Part shown: in pieces, positions 1 to 10,158 of the stretch
How the letters are laid out: the number at the start of each line of letters is the position of its first letter
How positions within the stretch are numbered: position 1 is the first letter of the stretch
Source of the DNA: Myxococcales bacterium
Lineage (GTDB): Bacteria > Myxococcota > Myxococcia > Myxococcales > JAKAPL01
Direction: 5' to 3'
Assembly (NCBI GenBank): GCA_021807105.1
Contig: JAKAPL010000005.1
Span: 6,178-70,177 of the forward strand
Length of the DNA stretch: 64,000 nt
Notes under the pieces: model-generated
The model's input: only the letters and a program-made list of their open reading frames with translations
What the model was told of the DNA's origin: nothing
Database searches by the model: none
Translations under genes and position numbers: made by a program

Positions 1-1038
1 CAGCCGCCGGTCGCGCTCGCCGCGAGCCTCGTCGCCGAGACCCTGACCGCGGGCGGGGCTCAGGAGGTGGCCTGGCGCCGCGGGGCGCGCTGGGCGTTCG
101 TGATGCGCGAAGGGCCTCGGCCGCGGGCCGGCGTGATCCTCGACCGGGACTCGGTCGTGCTCCTGACCGGCGGCGCCCGGGGGATCACCGCCGGCCTCGC
201 GGTGTCGCTCGCCCGCCGCTTCCAGTGCGCTCTCGTGCTCGCCGGCACGCGCCCTCCGCCCGGCGCCGAGCCGCCCGATCTCGCCGCCGCCTCCGATCTG
301 CCCGCGCTGCGTCGCGCGCTGCTCGCGCGGGCGGCCGCTCCCGTCGCGGCGGTCGAGGCGGCGGCCCGCGGGGCCTGGGCCGACCGGGAGATCCGGAGGA
401 CGATGGCGGCCATCGCGGAGGCCGGCGGGCGCGCGAGCTACCACGCGGTCGATGTCCGCGACGAGACCCGGGTGGCCGCGCTCGTCGCCGCGATCTACGA
501 GCGCCACGGCCGTCTCGACGCGGCCATCCACGGCGCGGGCGTCACGGACGACCGGAGCCTCGCGGACAAGGAGCGGGAAGGGTTCGAGCGCGTCCTCGCG
601 ACGAAGCTGGGCGGAGCGCTCGCGCTGGCCCGCCATCTGCGGGACGACCTTCGGCTCTTCGCTCTCTTCGGGAGCGTCGCGGGCGTCTTCGGCAACCGCG
701 GCCAGGCCGACTACGCCGCGGCGAACGCCGCCCTCGATCGGCTCGCGGCGTCGCTCGCCGGCCGCTTCCGGGGGCCCGCCGTCGCGCTCGACTTCGGCCC
801 CTGGGCCGGCGCCGGCATGGTCGGCCCCGAGCTGGCGGCGGAGTACGCCCGGCGCGCGATCCCCCTCGTGCCGCTCGACGCCGGCATCGCGGAGGTGACG
901 GCGGCCCTCTTCGACGGCCCCGCGACCGATCCGGTCCCTTCGCAGGCGCTGCTCTGCGCGGGCGGCCTCGCGCCGTTTGCCGGCGTGGCGTGGCAGGGCG
1001 GGGCGGACGAAGCGGCGGCGGAACGGCCGTCGCCGTGA
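1..1038 (+). CDS. PKS ketoreductase (SDR/KR) domain, 3' part of a gene starting before the window
   Basis: Frame open from base 1; TGGARGIT NAD(P)H-binding motif, HGAGV, GQADYAAAN catalytic Tyr motif, GPW motif typical of PfaA/HglE-like KR domains; stop overlaps the next GTG (GTGA). Confidence 0.9.
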   Translation, partial: QPPVALAASLVAETLTAGGAQEVAWRRGARWAFVMREGPRPRAGVILDRDSVVLLTGGARGITAGLAVSLARRFQCALVLAGTRPPPGAEPPDLAAASDLPALRRALLARAAAPVAAVEAAARGAWADREIRRTMAAIAEAGGRASYHAVDVRDETRVAALVAAIYERHGRLDAAIHGAGVTDDRSLADKEREGFERVLATKLGGALALARHLRDDLRLFALFGSVAGVFGNRGQADYAAANAALDRLAASLAGRFRGPAVALDFGPWAGAGMVGPELAAEYARRAIPLVPLDAGIAEVTAALFDGPATDPVPSQALLCAGGLAPFAGVAWQGGADEAAAERPSP

Positions 1039-4000
1039 GCGGCCCGCCCGAGCCCATCGCCATCGTCGGGATGGGGTGCGTCTTCCCGGGCGCGCGGAAT
1101 CTGGCCGAGTTCGAGGCGAACCTGCTCGCGGGGAAGGACGCGATCGCCGAGGTCCCGCCGGGCCGGTGGGACCCCTCGTACTACGATCCGGCCTCGAGCG
1201 CGGCCGACCGCTTCTATTGCCGGAGAGGCGGGTTCGTGGACGGCGTCGCCACGTTCGATCCGCTCGCCTTCGGGGTGATGCCGCGAGCCGCCGAGGGGGC
1301 GGAGCCCGATCAACTCCTCGCCCTGCACGTCGCGGCGGAGGCGATCGCCGACGCGGGCCTCGACCCGTCCGGCGAGTGGCGGCGCGGCGCGGCGGTGGTG
1401 CTCGGCCGCGGCGGCTACGCGGGCGCCGGGCTGGCCCGCCTCGACCTGCGCGTGCGCGCGCTCCCGATGGTTCGGGCGGCCCTGGAGGCGCACGCGCCCC
1501 GGCAGGCGCGCGAGGTGGCCGCGGCCCTCGAGGCCACGCTGCCGCCGTACGGGCCGGACACGGCCATCGGCCTCGTCCCCAACCTGGCCGCCTCGCGCAT
1601 CGCCAACCGGTTCGACCTGGGCGGCGCCGCTTACACGGTGGACGCGGCCTGCGCGAGCGCGTTGCTCGCCGTCGACCAGGCGGCGCGCGAGCTCTGGAGC
1701 GGGCGGGCGGACGTGGCGCTCGCGGGCGGCGTCCACCTCTCCCACGACGTGACGTTCTGGAGCGTCTTCACGCAGCTCGGCGCGCTGAGCCGGCGGCAGG
1801 AGATCCGGCCGTTCGACCGCGGCGCCGACGGGCTGCTCATCGGCGAGGGGGCGGGCATCCTCGTGCTGGAGCGGCTCTCCGACGCGTTGCGCGAGGGACG
1901 GCGCATCTGGGCGCGGCTGCTCTCGGTGGGGATCGCGAGCGACGGGCGTGGGACGAGCCTGATGAGCCCCCGGGTGGAGGGGCAGCTCTTCGCCTTGGAG
2001 CGAGCGTGGCAGGCCGCCGGCCGCGACCCGAGCCGCGTCGGCCTCGTCGAAGGCCACGGGACGGGGACCGCCGCGGGCGACGAGGCCGAGCTGACGACGC
2101 TCGCGCGCTTCTTCGGCTCCGCGCCGGACGGCCGGCGCGCGGCGCTCGGGTCGGTCAAGTCGATGATCGGCCACGCGATGCCCGCGGCGGGAGCGGCGGG
2201 GCTCATCAAGGCCGCGCTCGCGCTTCATCGCGGGGTCGCGCTCCCGAGCCTCCACTGCGACGAGCCGCACCCGCTGCTCGCCCGCACGCGGTTCCGGGTC
2301 CCTGCCGCCGCCGAGCCCTGGCCGCTCCCCGGGCCGCGCCTCGCGGCGGTGGACGCCTTCGGCTTCGGGGGCATCGACACGCACGCGGTGCTGGAGGCGG
2401 ATGGCGAGCCCCGGCGCGCGCGGTCCCGCCCCTCGGCCGCGGGAGGCGAGCTGGCGATCGTTCTCGCCGCTGGCTCCCCGGAGGAGCTGGCCGCCGCCCT
2501 CGACGCGCCGCCAGCGCGGCCGGCCGGTGGTCCCTGCCGGCTCGTCCTCTTCGATCCGACGCCCGAGCGGGTGGCGATGGCGCGCCGGGCCGTGCTCCGC
2601 GCGCAGCCGTGGCGCGGGCACGATGACCTCTGGTACACGCCGCGGGGGCTCGCCGCGGACGGCGGCAGGACCGCGTTCCTTTTCCCCGGCGTCGAGCCCA
2701 CGTTCGAGCCGCGGGTGGGCGACGTGGCGGAGTGGATGGGGAGGGAGCCTCCCGCGGCGGCGGACCCTGGGGATCTCGAACGCGTGGGTCTCTCCATCGT
2801 GGCGACGAGTCGGCTGCTCTTCGACGCCCTGCTCCGGCTGGGCATTGTCCCGGGCGCCCTGGCCGGCCACAGCATCGGGGAGTGGACCGCGATGATCTGC
2901 GCTTCGCTCGTGCTCCCGGCCGAAGCGGATGCCTTCATCGCCACGCTCGTCCCCGGGACGCTCGCGGTGCCGGACGTCGCGTTCGCCGCCGCCGGCTGCG
3001 GGCTCGCCCGCGCGGAGGAGGCGATCGCCGGGCTTCCCGACATCACGGTTTCCCACGACAACTGCCCGCACCAGGTCGTCCTCTGCGGGCGGGAGGCCCC
3101 CCTCGAAGAGGGACTCGCCCGGCTGCGCGGAAGGCAGATCCTCGCGCAGCGACTCCCGTTCCGCTCGGGCTTCCATTCTCCGCTCTTCGCGGACTACGTG
3201 GCCCCGCACCGGCGGAACCTGGCCCGGCTGCCGATCGGGAGGGCGGGGTGGCCGCTCTGGTCCGCCACGACGTGCTCCCGTTACCCGGACGATCCGGCGG
3301 CGGTGCGCGAGCTGGCGGCCGAGCACCTCGTCCGCCCCGTCCGGTTCCGCGAGCTGATCGAGCGGCTCTACGCCGATGGCTGCCGCATCTTCGTGCAGGT
3401 CGGCGCGGGCGCGAGCCTCGTGGGGTTCGTCCAGGACACGCTGCGCGGGCGCCCCCACCTGGCCATCGCCGCCAACGTGCCCAAACGTTCCGGGCTCGCC
3501 CAGCTCCGGCGGCTGCTCGCGGCGGCGTTCTGCGAGGGGCTCGCGGTGGACCCCGGCGTGCTCGGCCCCAAGGCATCGGGCGCGCGCCCGCTGAACCTGA
3601 GCGTTTTCGCGCCAAGGCTCGCGCCCGCCGCCCCGCCCGAGGAGGCCGCGACCGGCGTGCTCGGCCTCTTCACGCGCGCGCTCCAGACCGTCGCCCGGGC
3701 GCAGGAGGACGTGGTCGCCGCGTACGCCCGCCGGGCGCCGGCCGTGGTCGAGGCGCGCGAGACGAGCGAGCGGCGGAGTCTGTCGCCGTCCACCCACCCC
3801 TACCTGCTCGACCACAGCTTCTACCGGCAGCCGCCCGGTTGGCCCGAGCTCTCCGATCGGTACCCGGTGGTGCCGATGACGCTGCTGCTCGAATGGCTGC
3901 GCGAGGCCGGAGAGGCCTGCGCCGGCCGCCCCGCCGTCGCGTTCGAGGAGGTCCGGGCCCACCGCTGGCTCGCCATCGCCCCGCCCATCGAGGTCACGCT

Positions 4001-5189
4001 CCGGGCGGCGCGGCGCGACGCGGATCGCGTCGCCGCGAGCGTCGATGGGTTCGCCGAGGGGATCCTGCGGTTCGCCCCGGCCGGCGTCGCCGCGTGGACG
4101 CGGCCACCCCCGCTCGTCCCCGCGGAGCCGCCGCCGGTCGAGGCCGGCGCGCTCTACCGCGATCGCTGGATGTTCCACGGGCCCGCGTACCAGGGCGTGC
4201 GTTCGATCGAGGCGTTCGGCCCGGGCGGAATCGACGGCACGATCGTGACGCCCGAGGCGCCGGGCGCGCTGCTCGACTGCGCCGGCCAGCTCTTCGGCTT
4301 CTGGATCATGCAGCGGGTGGCGGCCGACCGGATGGCGTTCCCGGTCCGGATCGCGCGCGTCGATTTCTTTGGCCCCGCGCCACGGCCCGGCGAGCCGGTC
4401 CGCTGCGCGGTGCGGGTCGGCGCGCTGGGCGAGCGGGAGGTGCGGGCGGACCTCTGGCTCTGGCGGCCGGACGGGCGGCCGTTCTGCCGGATCGCGGGGT
4501 GGGAGGACCGCCGCTTCGACACCGACGAGCGTCTCTGGGAGCTGCTGCGCTGGCCGGAGAAGAACCTGCTCGCCATCCCGCGGGACGCGTACGTCCGGGT
4601 GACCGATCCGTGGAGGAGCCTCGCCTCGCGGGATCTCCTCGCGCGGCGCTACCTGGGTGCCCGCGAGCGGGCGGTCTTCGAGGCGCTGCCGCCGCGACGC
4701 CAGGGGCCCTGGCTCGACGGCCGGATCGCCGCCAAGGACGCGATCCGCCGCCTCCTCTGGTCGGAGGGGGCCGGCCCCCTCTTCCCGGGGGAGATCGAGC
4801 TCGAGAACGACGCGGCCGGCCGGCCGCGGGTGCGGGGCGGAGCAGGGAGGGACGTGGCCATCTCCCTCGCCCACGTCGAGGGGGCGGCGGTCGCGCGGGC
4901 CGTCCGCGGCGCGCCGGCCGGGATCGATCTCGAGCGGCCCGCGCCGCGGCCAGAGGGGTTCGCCGCGCTCGTCCTCGGGGAGGACGAACGCCGCCTGCTG
5001 CCCGAAGGCGACGAGTGGCTGGCGCGCGCCTGGACCGCGAAGGAGGCGCTCGCCAAGGCCCGAGGCGAGGGGCTGCGCGGTGATCCGCGCCGGCTCCCGA
5101 TCCAGGAGAGGGATGGTGAGCGGCTGCGAATTGATGGTAGTTGGGTACGGACCGTCCACGACGAACCCTTCCTGATCGCCTGGATTTGA
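1035..5189 (+). CDS. Type I PKS KS-AT-DH with C-terminal Sfp-type 4'-phosphopantetheinyl transferase domain
   Basis: GTG at 1035 (MSGPPEPIAIVGMG); KS triad DAAC, EGHGTGT, GHAMPAAG; AT GHSIG and SGFHS; DH-like HPYLLDH...YPVVP and LDCAGQ; PPTase motifs GRIAAKDA, ISLAH, GIDLE, WTAKEALAK. Confidence 0.9.
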   Translation: MSGPPEPIAIVGMGCVFPGARNLAEFEANLLAGKDAIAEVPPGRWDPSYYDPASSAADRFYCRRGGFVDGVATFDPLAFGVMPRAAEGAEPDQLLALHVAAEAIADAGLDPSGEWRRGAAVVLGRGGYAGAGLARLDLRVRALPMVRAALEAHAPRQAREVAAALEATLPPYGPDTAIGLVPNLAASRIANRFDLGGAAYTVDAACASALLAVDQAARELWSGRADVALAGGVHLSHDVTFWSVFTQLGALSRRQEIRPFDRGADGLLIGEGAGILVLERLSDALREGRRIWARLLSVGIASDGRGTSLMSPRVEGQLFALERAWQAAGRDPSRVGLVEGHGTGTAAGDEAELTTLARFFGSAPDGRRAALGSVKSMIGHAMPAAGAAGLIKAALALHRGVALPSLHCDEPHPLLARTRFRVPAAAEPWPLPGPRLAAVDAFGFGGIDTHAVLEADGEPRRARSRPSAAGGELAIVLAAGSPEELAAALDAPPARPAGGPCRLVLFDPTPERVAMARRAVLRAQPWRGHDDLWYTPRGLAADGGRTAFLFPGVEPTFEPRVGDVAEWMGREPPAAADPGDLERVGLSIVATSRLLFDALLRLGIVPGALAGHSIGEWTAMICASLVLPAEADAFIATLVPGTLAVPDVAFAAAGCGLARAEEAIAGLPDITVSHDNCPHQVVLCGREAPLEEGLARLRGRQILAQRLPFRSGFHSPLFADYVAPHRRNLARLPIGRAGWPLWSATTCSRYPDDPAAVRELAAEHLVRPVRFRELIERLYADGCRIFVQVGAGASLVGFVQDTLRGRPHLAIAANVPKRSGLAQLRRLLAAAFCEGLAVDPGVLGPKASGARPLNLSVFAPRLAPAAPPEEAATGVLGLFTRALQTVARAQEDVVAAYARRAPAVVEARETSERRSLSPSTHPYLLDHSFYRQPPGWPELSDRYPVVPMTLLLEWLREAGEACAGRPAVAFEEVRAHRWLAIAPPIEVTLRAARRDADRVAASVDGFAEGILRFAPAGVAAWTRPPPLVPAEPPPVEAGALYRDRWMFHGPAYQGVRSIEAFGPGGIDGTIVTPEAPGALLDCAGQLFGFWIMQRVAADRMAFPVRIARVDFFGPAPRPGEPVRCAVRVGALGEREVRADLWLWRPDGRPFCRIAGWEDRRFDTDERLWELLRWPEKNLLAIPRDAYVRVTDPWRSLASRDLLARRYLGARERAVFEALPPRRQGPWLDGRIAAKDAIRRLLWSEGAGPLFPGEIELENDAAGRPRVRGGAGRDVAISLAHVEGAAVARAVRGAPAGIDLERPAPRPEGFAALVLGEDERRLLPEGDEWLARAWTAKEALAKARGEGLRGDPRRLPIQERDGERLRIDGSWVRTVHDEPFLIAWI

Positions 5190-5195
5190 TCGACC

Positions 5196-5501
5196 ATGCC
5201 CGAACTTCGCCGCGAACGGATCCTGGAGGATGTCGCGGGCCTCGTGCGCGAGGTCGTGGGCGAGGCATGGATCGAGACGGCCGACATCGGCATGGAGACC
5301 GCCTTCGGCGCCGACCTCGAGCTGGAGAGCATCGAGTTCGTGGCCCTGGGCGAGCGGCTCTCGGCCCACTTCGGCCCGGAAGTGGACTTCGTCGGATGGC
5401 TGTCGGGCATGGAGCTGGATGAGATCCTCGCCTTGAGAGTGGGTGACCTGGTAGACTTCATCGCTTCGTGCCCCTCGTCGTCGCGAACGGGACAGCGCTG
5501 A
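5196..5501 (+). CDS. Acyl carrier protein
   Basis: About 100 aa, acidic, FGADLELESIEFVAL motif with the Ppant serine; directly follows the PKS gene. Confidence 0.85.
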   Translation: MPELRRERILEDVAGLVREVVGEAWIETADIGMETAFGADLELESIEFVALGERLSAHFGPEVDFVGWLSGMELDEILALRVGDLVDFIASCPSSSRTGQR

Positions 5502-6223
5502 ACGCGGTCGAGCTGGGGCGCGGCCCCGGTGTCGTCATGCTCCACGGACTGTTCGTCGGGAGCAGCGCGTCCTGGTACTTCACGAGCGCCCCAGCCCTCG
5601 CCCGCCGCCGGCGCGTCCTCCTCTACGACCTGCGCGGGCACGGCCGCAGCGCGCGACCCGCGACGGGTTACGATACCGCGACGCTCGCCGGAGATCTCGG
5701 CGCGCTCCTCGACGCGCTGGGCTGGCGCCAGCCGGTCGCGCTCGTCGGCCACAGCTACGGGGCTCTCGTCGCCCTGCGGTTCGCGCTCGACCGGCCGGAT
5801 CGGGTCGAGAAGCTCGCCTTGGTCGAGGCGCCGGTGCCTCCCTCGGGGCTCCCCGATCTCCAGATGTTTCTGGCCCTGGGGCCCGAGTCCATGGCGGAGG
5901 CGCTGCCCGAGGCGCTGCGCCGCTCGCTCGACCGCCGCGGCCGGCAGGCGGAGAGGCTGCTCGCCGCGCTGCGCGGCTTGACGTTCTCCACCTCGCTCCT
6001 GCGCGACGTGCAGGCCGAGCCAGACATCCCCGACGAGCGGCTCGCGACGCTGCGCGGCCCGTTGCTCGCCTACGGCGCGCGCTCGAGCTGCCTCGACGCG
6101 GGGAGGCGGCTCGCCCGGGTCATCCCGGGGGCGAAGCTCGTGGTGCTTCCGGGCGGCCACTACCTCCATCTCGACGCCGCCGCCGCGCTGACCGGCGCGA
6201 TCGAGGCGTTCCTCGATGGCTGA
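5468..6223 (+). CDS. Alpha/beta hydrolase (thioesterase/esterase-like)
   Basis: MLHG, YDLRGHGRS, GHSYG nucleophile elbow, C-terminal GGH. Confidence 0.85.
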   Translation: MPLVVANGTALNAVELGRGPGVVMLHGLFVGSSASWYFTSAPALARRRRVLLYDLRGHGRSARPATGYDTATLAGDLGALLDALGWRQPVALVGHSYGALVALRFALDRPDRVEKLALVEAPVPPSGLPDLQMFLALGPESMAEALPEALRRSLDRRGRQAERLLAALRGLTFSTSLLRDVQAEPDIPDERLATLRGPLLAYGARSSCLDAGRRLARVIPGAKLVVLPGGHYLHLDAAAALTGAIEAFLDG

Positions 6224-7004
6224 CCTCATCGCCAACGGGGTGCGGCTGCACGTCCAGGTGCTGCGGCCCGCGGCGCCCGCCGGGCCCGCGGTCCTCTTCC
6301 TCCATGGCCTGGTGATGGACAACCTGTCGAGCTTCTATTTCACGCTCGCGCCGTCCGTCGCCCGAACGGCCGAGGCCGTCCTGTTCGACCTGCGCGGTCA
6401 CGGCCGGAGCGAGCGGCCGCCCCGCGGTTACGCGGTCTCCGATTTCGTCGGGGACGCGCTTGGGCTGCTCGACGCGCTGCCGGCGCGCGGCCCCGTGCAC
6501 GTCGTCGGCAACAGCTTCGGCGGCCTGCTCGCGCTCTCGCTCGCCGCCGCCGCGCCCGGACGGGTCGCCTCGCTCGTGCTGCTCGACGCTCATCGCGGTC
6601 CGTCCGGCTGGGGCGACGCGATGGCGCGGACGCTCTCCCTGCGAGGGGAGGAGCGCGACGAGGCCATCGCGCGCGGCTTTCGCCACTGGCTCGGCCGCCA
6701 CAGCACGCGCAAGCGGACGCGGCTCGCGCGGATCGCGCAGGCGCTGATCGAGGAGACCACGCTGGTCGAAGACCTGCGGGCGAGCCCCGCGCTGGCGGAG
6801 GACGCGCTCCGGGCGATCGACCGGCCGGTCCTCGCGCTCTACGGCGCGGGGTCGGATCTCCGCCCGCAGGCGGAGGAGCTCGCGCGGCTCCTCCCGAGAG
6901 TCGAGCTGGCCGTCCGCGCGGGATGCACCCACTCGATCCTCTGGGAGGAGACGGCCTGGGTGCGCGACCGGATCGTCGCCTGGATCCGCGAGCACGAGGG
7001 ATGA
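6216..7004 (+). CDS. Alpha/beta hydrolase
   Basis: FLHG, FDLRGHGRS, GNSFGG elbow, C-terminal CTH; paralog of the upstream gene. Confidence 0.85.
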   Translation: MADLIANGVRLHVQVLRPAAPAGPAVLFLHGLVMDNLSSFYFTLAPSVARTAEAVLFDLRGHGRSERPPRGYAVSDFVGDALGLLDALPARGPVHVVGNSFGGLLALSLAAAAPGRVASLVLLDAHRGPSGWGDAMARTLSLRGEERDEAIARGFRHWLGRHSTRKRTRLARIAQALIEETTLVEDLRASPALAEDALRAIDRPVLALYGAGSDLRPQAEELARLLPRVELAVRAGCTHSILWEETAWVRDRIVAWIREHEG

Positions 7005-8155
7005 GCCGCTTCCTGTTCGTCGTCCCGCCGCTCGTGGGCCACGTGAACCCGACCGTCGCCGTCGCTGCGGCCCTCGCCGGACGCGGTCACCGCGTCGCCT
7101 GGGCCGGTCACCCGGGCCTCGTCCGCCCGTTGCTGCCCCCCGGCGCGGAGCTGCTGCCTATCCCGGCGGAGGGGATCTTCGAGCGGGAGGAGGCGATCCG
7201 CGAGCGCGCGGGGACCGCCCGCGGGCTGCTCGCCTTCAAGCAGCTCTGGGACGAAATCCTACTGCCGCTCGCGCGGGCGATGCTCCCGGGCGTCCTCGCC
7301 GCCGTCGACTCGTTTCGTCCCGACGCGCTGCTCGCCGATGAGCAGGCCCTGGCCGGGGCGCTCGGGGCGCGGCGGCGCGGTCTCCCCTGGGCGACGCTCT
7401 GCACCACCAGCGCGCGGCCCGCGGAATCGCTCGCCGGGCTGCCGAAGGTCCTCGACTGGCTGCGCGGGCGGATGGCCGCGCTCGAACGCGAGGCCGGCCT
7501 CCCGCACGTCCCCGAGCCCTTCCTCTCTCCCCGTTGCATCGTCGTATTCAGCACCCGGGCGCTCGCCGGCGAGGGCGGCTTCCCGGCCCACGCGCACTTC
7601 GTCGGGCCCGCGCTCGCGGGGCGGACGGACCCCACGCCGTTCCCCTGGGAGGCGCTGCGACCCGGGCCGCGGCTCCTGGTCTCGCTGGGGACGGTCAACG
7701 CGCGGCGGGGGCAGCCGCTCTACCGGATCCTCGCCGCCGCCCTGGAGGGGGAGCCGGTGCAGGTCGTCCTCGTGGCGCCTCCCGAGATCGCCGGCCCGAT
7801 GCCGGGAAACTTCCTCGTCCGTCCCCGCGTCCCGCAGCTCGCGCTGCTGCCCCACGTCCAGGCCGTCCTTTGCCACGGCGGCCACAACACGGTTTGTGAA
7901 GCGCTCGCGCAGGGGCTCCCGCTCATCGTGACGCCCATCCGCGACGACCAGCCCGTGATCGCGCAGCAGGTCGTCGGCGCCGGCGTCGGCCTCCGGCTTC
8001 GCTTCGGCCGCACCGACCCCGACGAATTGCGCGGCGCCGTCCGCCGTGTCCTGTCGGAGCCCCTGCTGCGGGAGAACGCCGCCCGCGTGGCCGACTCCTT
8101 CCGGAAGGCCGGTGGCGCGGCCGCCGCCGCGGACATCCTGGCCTCCCTCGCGTGA
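7001..8155 (+). CDS. Glycosyltransferase, GT1/MGT family
   Basis: ATG at 7001 overlapping the previous stop; GHVNPT, VSLGT, VPQLALL, CHGGHNT and DQP motifs. Confidence 0.9.
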   Translation: MSRFLFVVPPLVGHVNPTVAVAAALAGRGHRVAWAGHPGLVRPLLPPGAELLPIPAEGIFEREEAIRERAGTARGLLAFKQLWDEILLPLARAMLPGVLAAVDSFRPDALLADEQALAGALGARRRGLPWATLCTTSARPAESLAGLPKVLDWLRGRMAALEREAGLPHVPEPFLSPRCIVVFSTRALAGEGGFPAHAHFVGPALAGRTDPTPFPWEALRPGPRLLVSLGTVNARRGQPLYRILAAALEGEPVQVVLVAPPEIAGPMPGNFLVRPRVPQLALLPHVQAVLCHGGHNTVCEALAQGLPLIVTPIRDDQPVIAQQVVGAGVGLRLRFGRTDPDELRGAVRRVLSEPLLRENAARVADSFRKAGGAAAAADILASLA

Positions 8156-9960
8156 CCGGCTGGGGGCTCACGGGACTCCTGCTCGGAGGTCTCTTTCTCT
8201 TCGACGCGCTGCGGCTGCGCGGCAAGCTCCGGGCGCTGCCCGTGCTCGCGGCCTCCGCGCCCGCCGGGAACGACTCGTGGGCTCTCCTTCTCGCGCCCGG
8301 CGCGGCGCTCACCCCGCAGGCGCGCGCGGGGGCCGCGGCCTTCGCCGAGGCGGAGGGCCTTCAGGTGCTCGACCTCGTCCCCGCGCGTTGGCGGACGCGG
8401 CAGCTCCTGAGCTTTCTCCAGCTCGTCGATCCAGCGGCGTATCGGAACGACCGCCTCGCCGGAGGGCGGAGCGCCGGGCAGGCGATCCTCGTCCGGCGAT
8501 CGCTCCTCGCCCGCGCGGGCCTCCGAGAAGGATTGGCGCTCGACCCGGTCGGGTTCGCGCGCGCCGCGCGGGCGCTCAAGGCCCATGCTCCGGATGGCTG
8601 CGGGTTCGCGATCGCGCCGGGACTCTCGGCGGCGCCCGCGCCGGGGGGGCGTGCTCGCTTCCTGCTCCTGCGGGAGCTCGCGCTCGACTTCACGCCATCC
8701 GTTCTCGCCGGTCAGCTCGGCCTCTGGGGGCTCGTGGCCGTGGCGGCGTGGAGGGGCGGGGCCTGGGGCTGGGCGGGTCTCGCCTCGCTCCACCTCCAGC
8801 CCTGGATCGCTCTCGCCGGCGGCCGCGTCCGCCTGCCCGACCTCGCGCAAAACGGCCTGCTCGCGCTCGCGCTCCAGCTCTCGGACTGGCTCGGCGTCGT
8901 CGCCTCCGCGCGCCCCGACGAGGAACGGAGGGTGATGGTCGCCGCCGCCCGCCCGGCGGCCCTCTCGGTCGCGGCCGGCGCAGCGCGGTTCTTCGAATCC
9001 CGGCGGGAGGACTGCTACGTCTGCGGGAGCCGCCGGCTTTCGGCCGTGATCCGGCTTCCCGACCGACTCCAGCACAAGCCCGGGACCTTCACCCTGGAGC
9101 GCTGCGCGGACTGCGGCCATCTCTTCCAGAACCCGCGCCTGACCGCGGAGGGGCTCTCCTTCTACTACCGCGACTTCTACGACGGCCTCGGCGAGCGCTG
9201 GCTGGACGCGTTGTTCGGGCTCGCCCGCCGGAGCTACCTCGGACGGGCGCGAGAGCTCTCCGGCCTCGCGCCGCGCCGCTGGCTCGACGTGGGGACCGGC
9301 TACGGCCACTTCTGTCTCGTCGCGCGCGAGGTCTGGCCCGACACTCGCTTCGAGGGACTCGACGCGGGCGCCAGCGTGGAGGAGGGCGCGCGCCGCGGCT
9401 GGCTCGACGAGGCCCATCGCGGCTTCTTGCCCGATCTCGCCCCTTCGCTCACGGGCCGCTTCGACGCCATCAGCCTGAGCCATTGCCTGGAGCACGCGCG
9501 GGACCCGCGCGCCGAGATCGCCGCCGCGCACGCCGCGCTCGCGCCCGGCGGCGCGCTGCTCATCGAGGTGCCCGACCCCGAGTGCCGGCTCCGCCCGCTC
9601 CTGCGCTCGCTCTGGCTGCCGTACTTCCAGCCGCAGCACCAGCACCTGCTCTCGGTGGCGAACCTCCGGCGGCTCCTGGCCGAGGCCGGCTTCCAGGTCG
9701 AGCGCGTCCGCCGCGACGAGGTCCACACCGGCGCGGACTTCTTCTTCGCCGCGTACCTGGCCCTCGACGCGATCGCCCCGCGCGCGGACCTGCCCTGGCT
9801 CTCCCCGCCTCGGCGGGGCCAGCCTCTCGCGCGCGCCGCCGTCTTCGCCGCCGGTGGTCCGCTCCTCCTCGCCGGCGTCCTCGCCGACGGCCTCGTCCGC
9901 CCGTTCCTCGCCGTGCCGCGCCTCTCGAATGCCTATCGCATCCTCGCGCGGCGCGCGTGA
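8152..9960 (+). CDS. Membrane-anchored class I SAM-dependent methyltransferase with Zn-ribbon
   Basis: Hydrophobic N-terminal region; CYVC...CADC; WLDVGTGYG SAM motif I; SHCLEH; LAPGGALLIEVP. Confidence 0.8.
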   Translation: MTGWGLTGLLLGGLFLFDALRLRGKLRALPVLAASAPAGNDSWALLLAPGAALTPQARAGAAAFAEAEGLQVLDLVPARWRTRQLLSFLQLVDPAAYRNDRLAGGRSAGQAILVRRSLLARAGLREGLALDPVGFARAARALKAHAPDGCGFAIAPGLSAAPAPGGRARFLLLRELALDFTPSVLAGQLGLWGLVAVAAWRGGAWGWAGLASLHLQPWIALAGGRVRLPDLAQNGLLALALQLSDWLGVVASARPDEERRVMVAAARPAALSVAAGAARFFESRREDCYVCGSRRLSAVIRLPDRLQHKPGTFTLERCADCGHLFQNPRLTAEGLSFYYRDFYDGLGERWLDALFGLARRSYLGRARELSGLAPRRWLDVGTGYGHFCLVAREVWPDTRFEGLDAGASVEEGARRGWLDEAHRGFLPDLAPSLTGRFDAISLSHCLEHARDPRAEIAAAHAALAPGGALLIEVPDPECRLRPLLRSLWLPYFQPQHQHLLSVANLRRLLAEAGFQVERVRRDEVHTGADFFFAAYLALDAIAPRADLPWLSPPRRGQPLARAAVFAAGGPLLLAGVLADGLVRPFLAVPRLSNAYRILARRA

Positions 9961-10158
9961 GGTGGTGAATCAACCCGGCTTCTCATCGCCGGAGGCGGAC
10001 TTCTTGCGCCGCCGGTCGTCCACCAGCCTGGCGCCCAAAGTCGCGGGAGACCGTACGCGGCAGGAGCCGCTCCGAGGCCGCGTGGCCGAAGAGGTTCAGG
10101 GTCTCGGGTAGGGGATACGGGTACGGGAGCGGGAGCAGGGGGCGGACCCGCCGGTGGA

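Noticed and set aside
711-5369. 1552-aa minus-strand ORF and other very long antisense ORFs (for example 34589-38383, 30536-32731)
   Set aside because: Shadow ORFs of GC-rich genes on the opposite strand; Arg/Gly/Ala-rich with no recognisable motifs.
10110-10145. Short 6-bp repeat run (TACGGG/AGCGGG) between convergent genes
   Set aside because: Only four to five degenerate units, with no partner arm to form a terminator; insufficient support.
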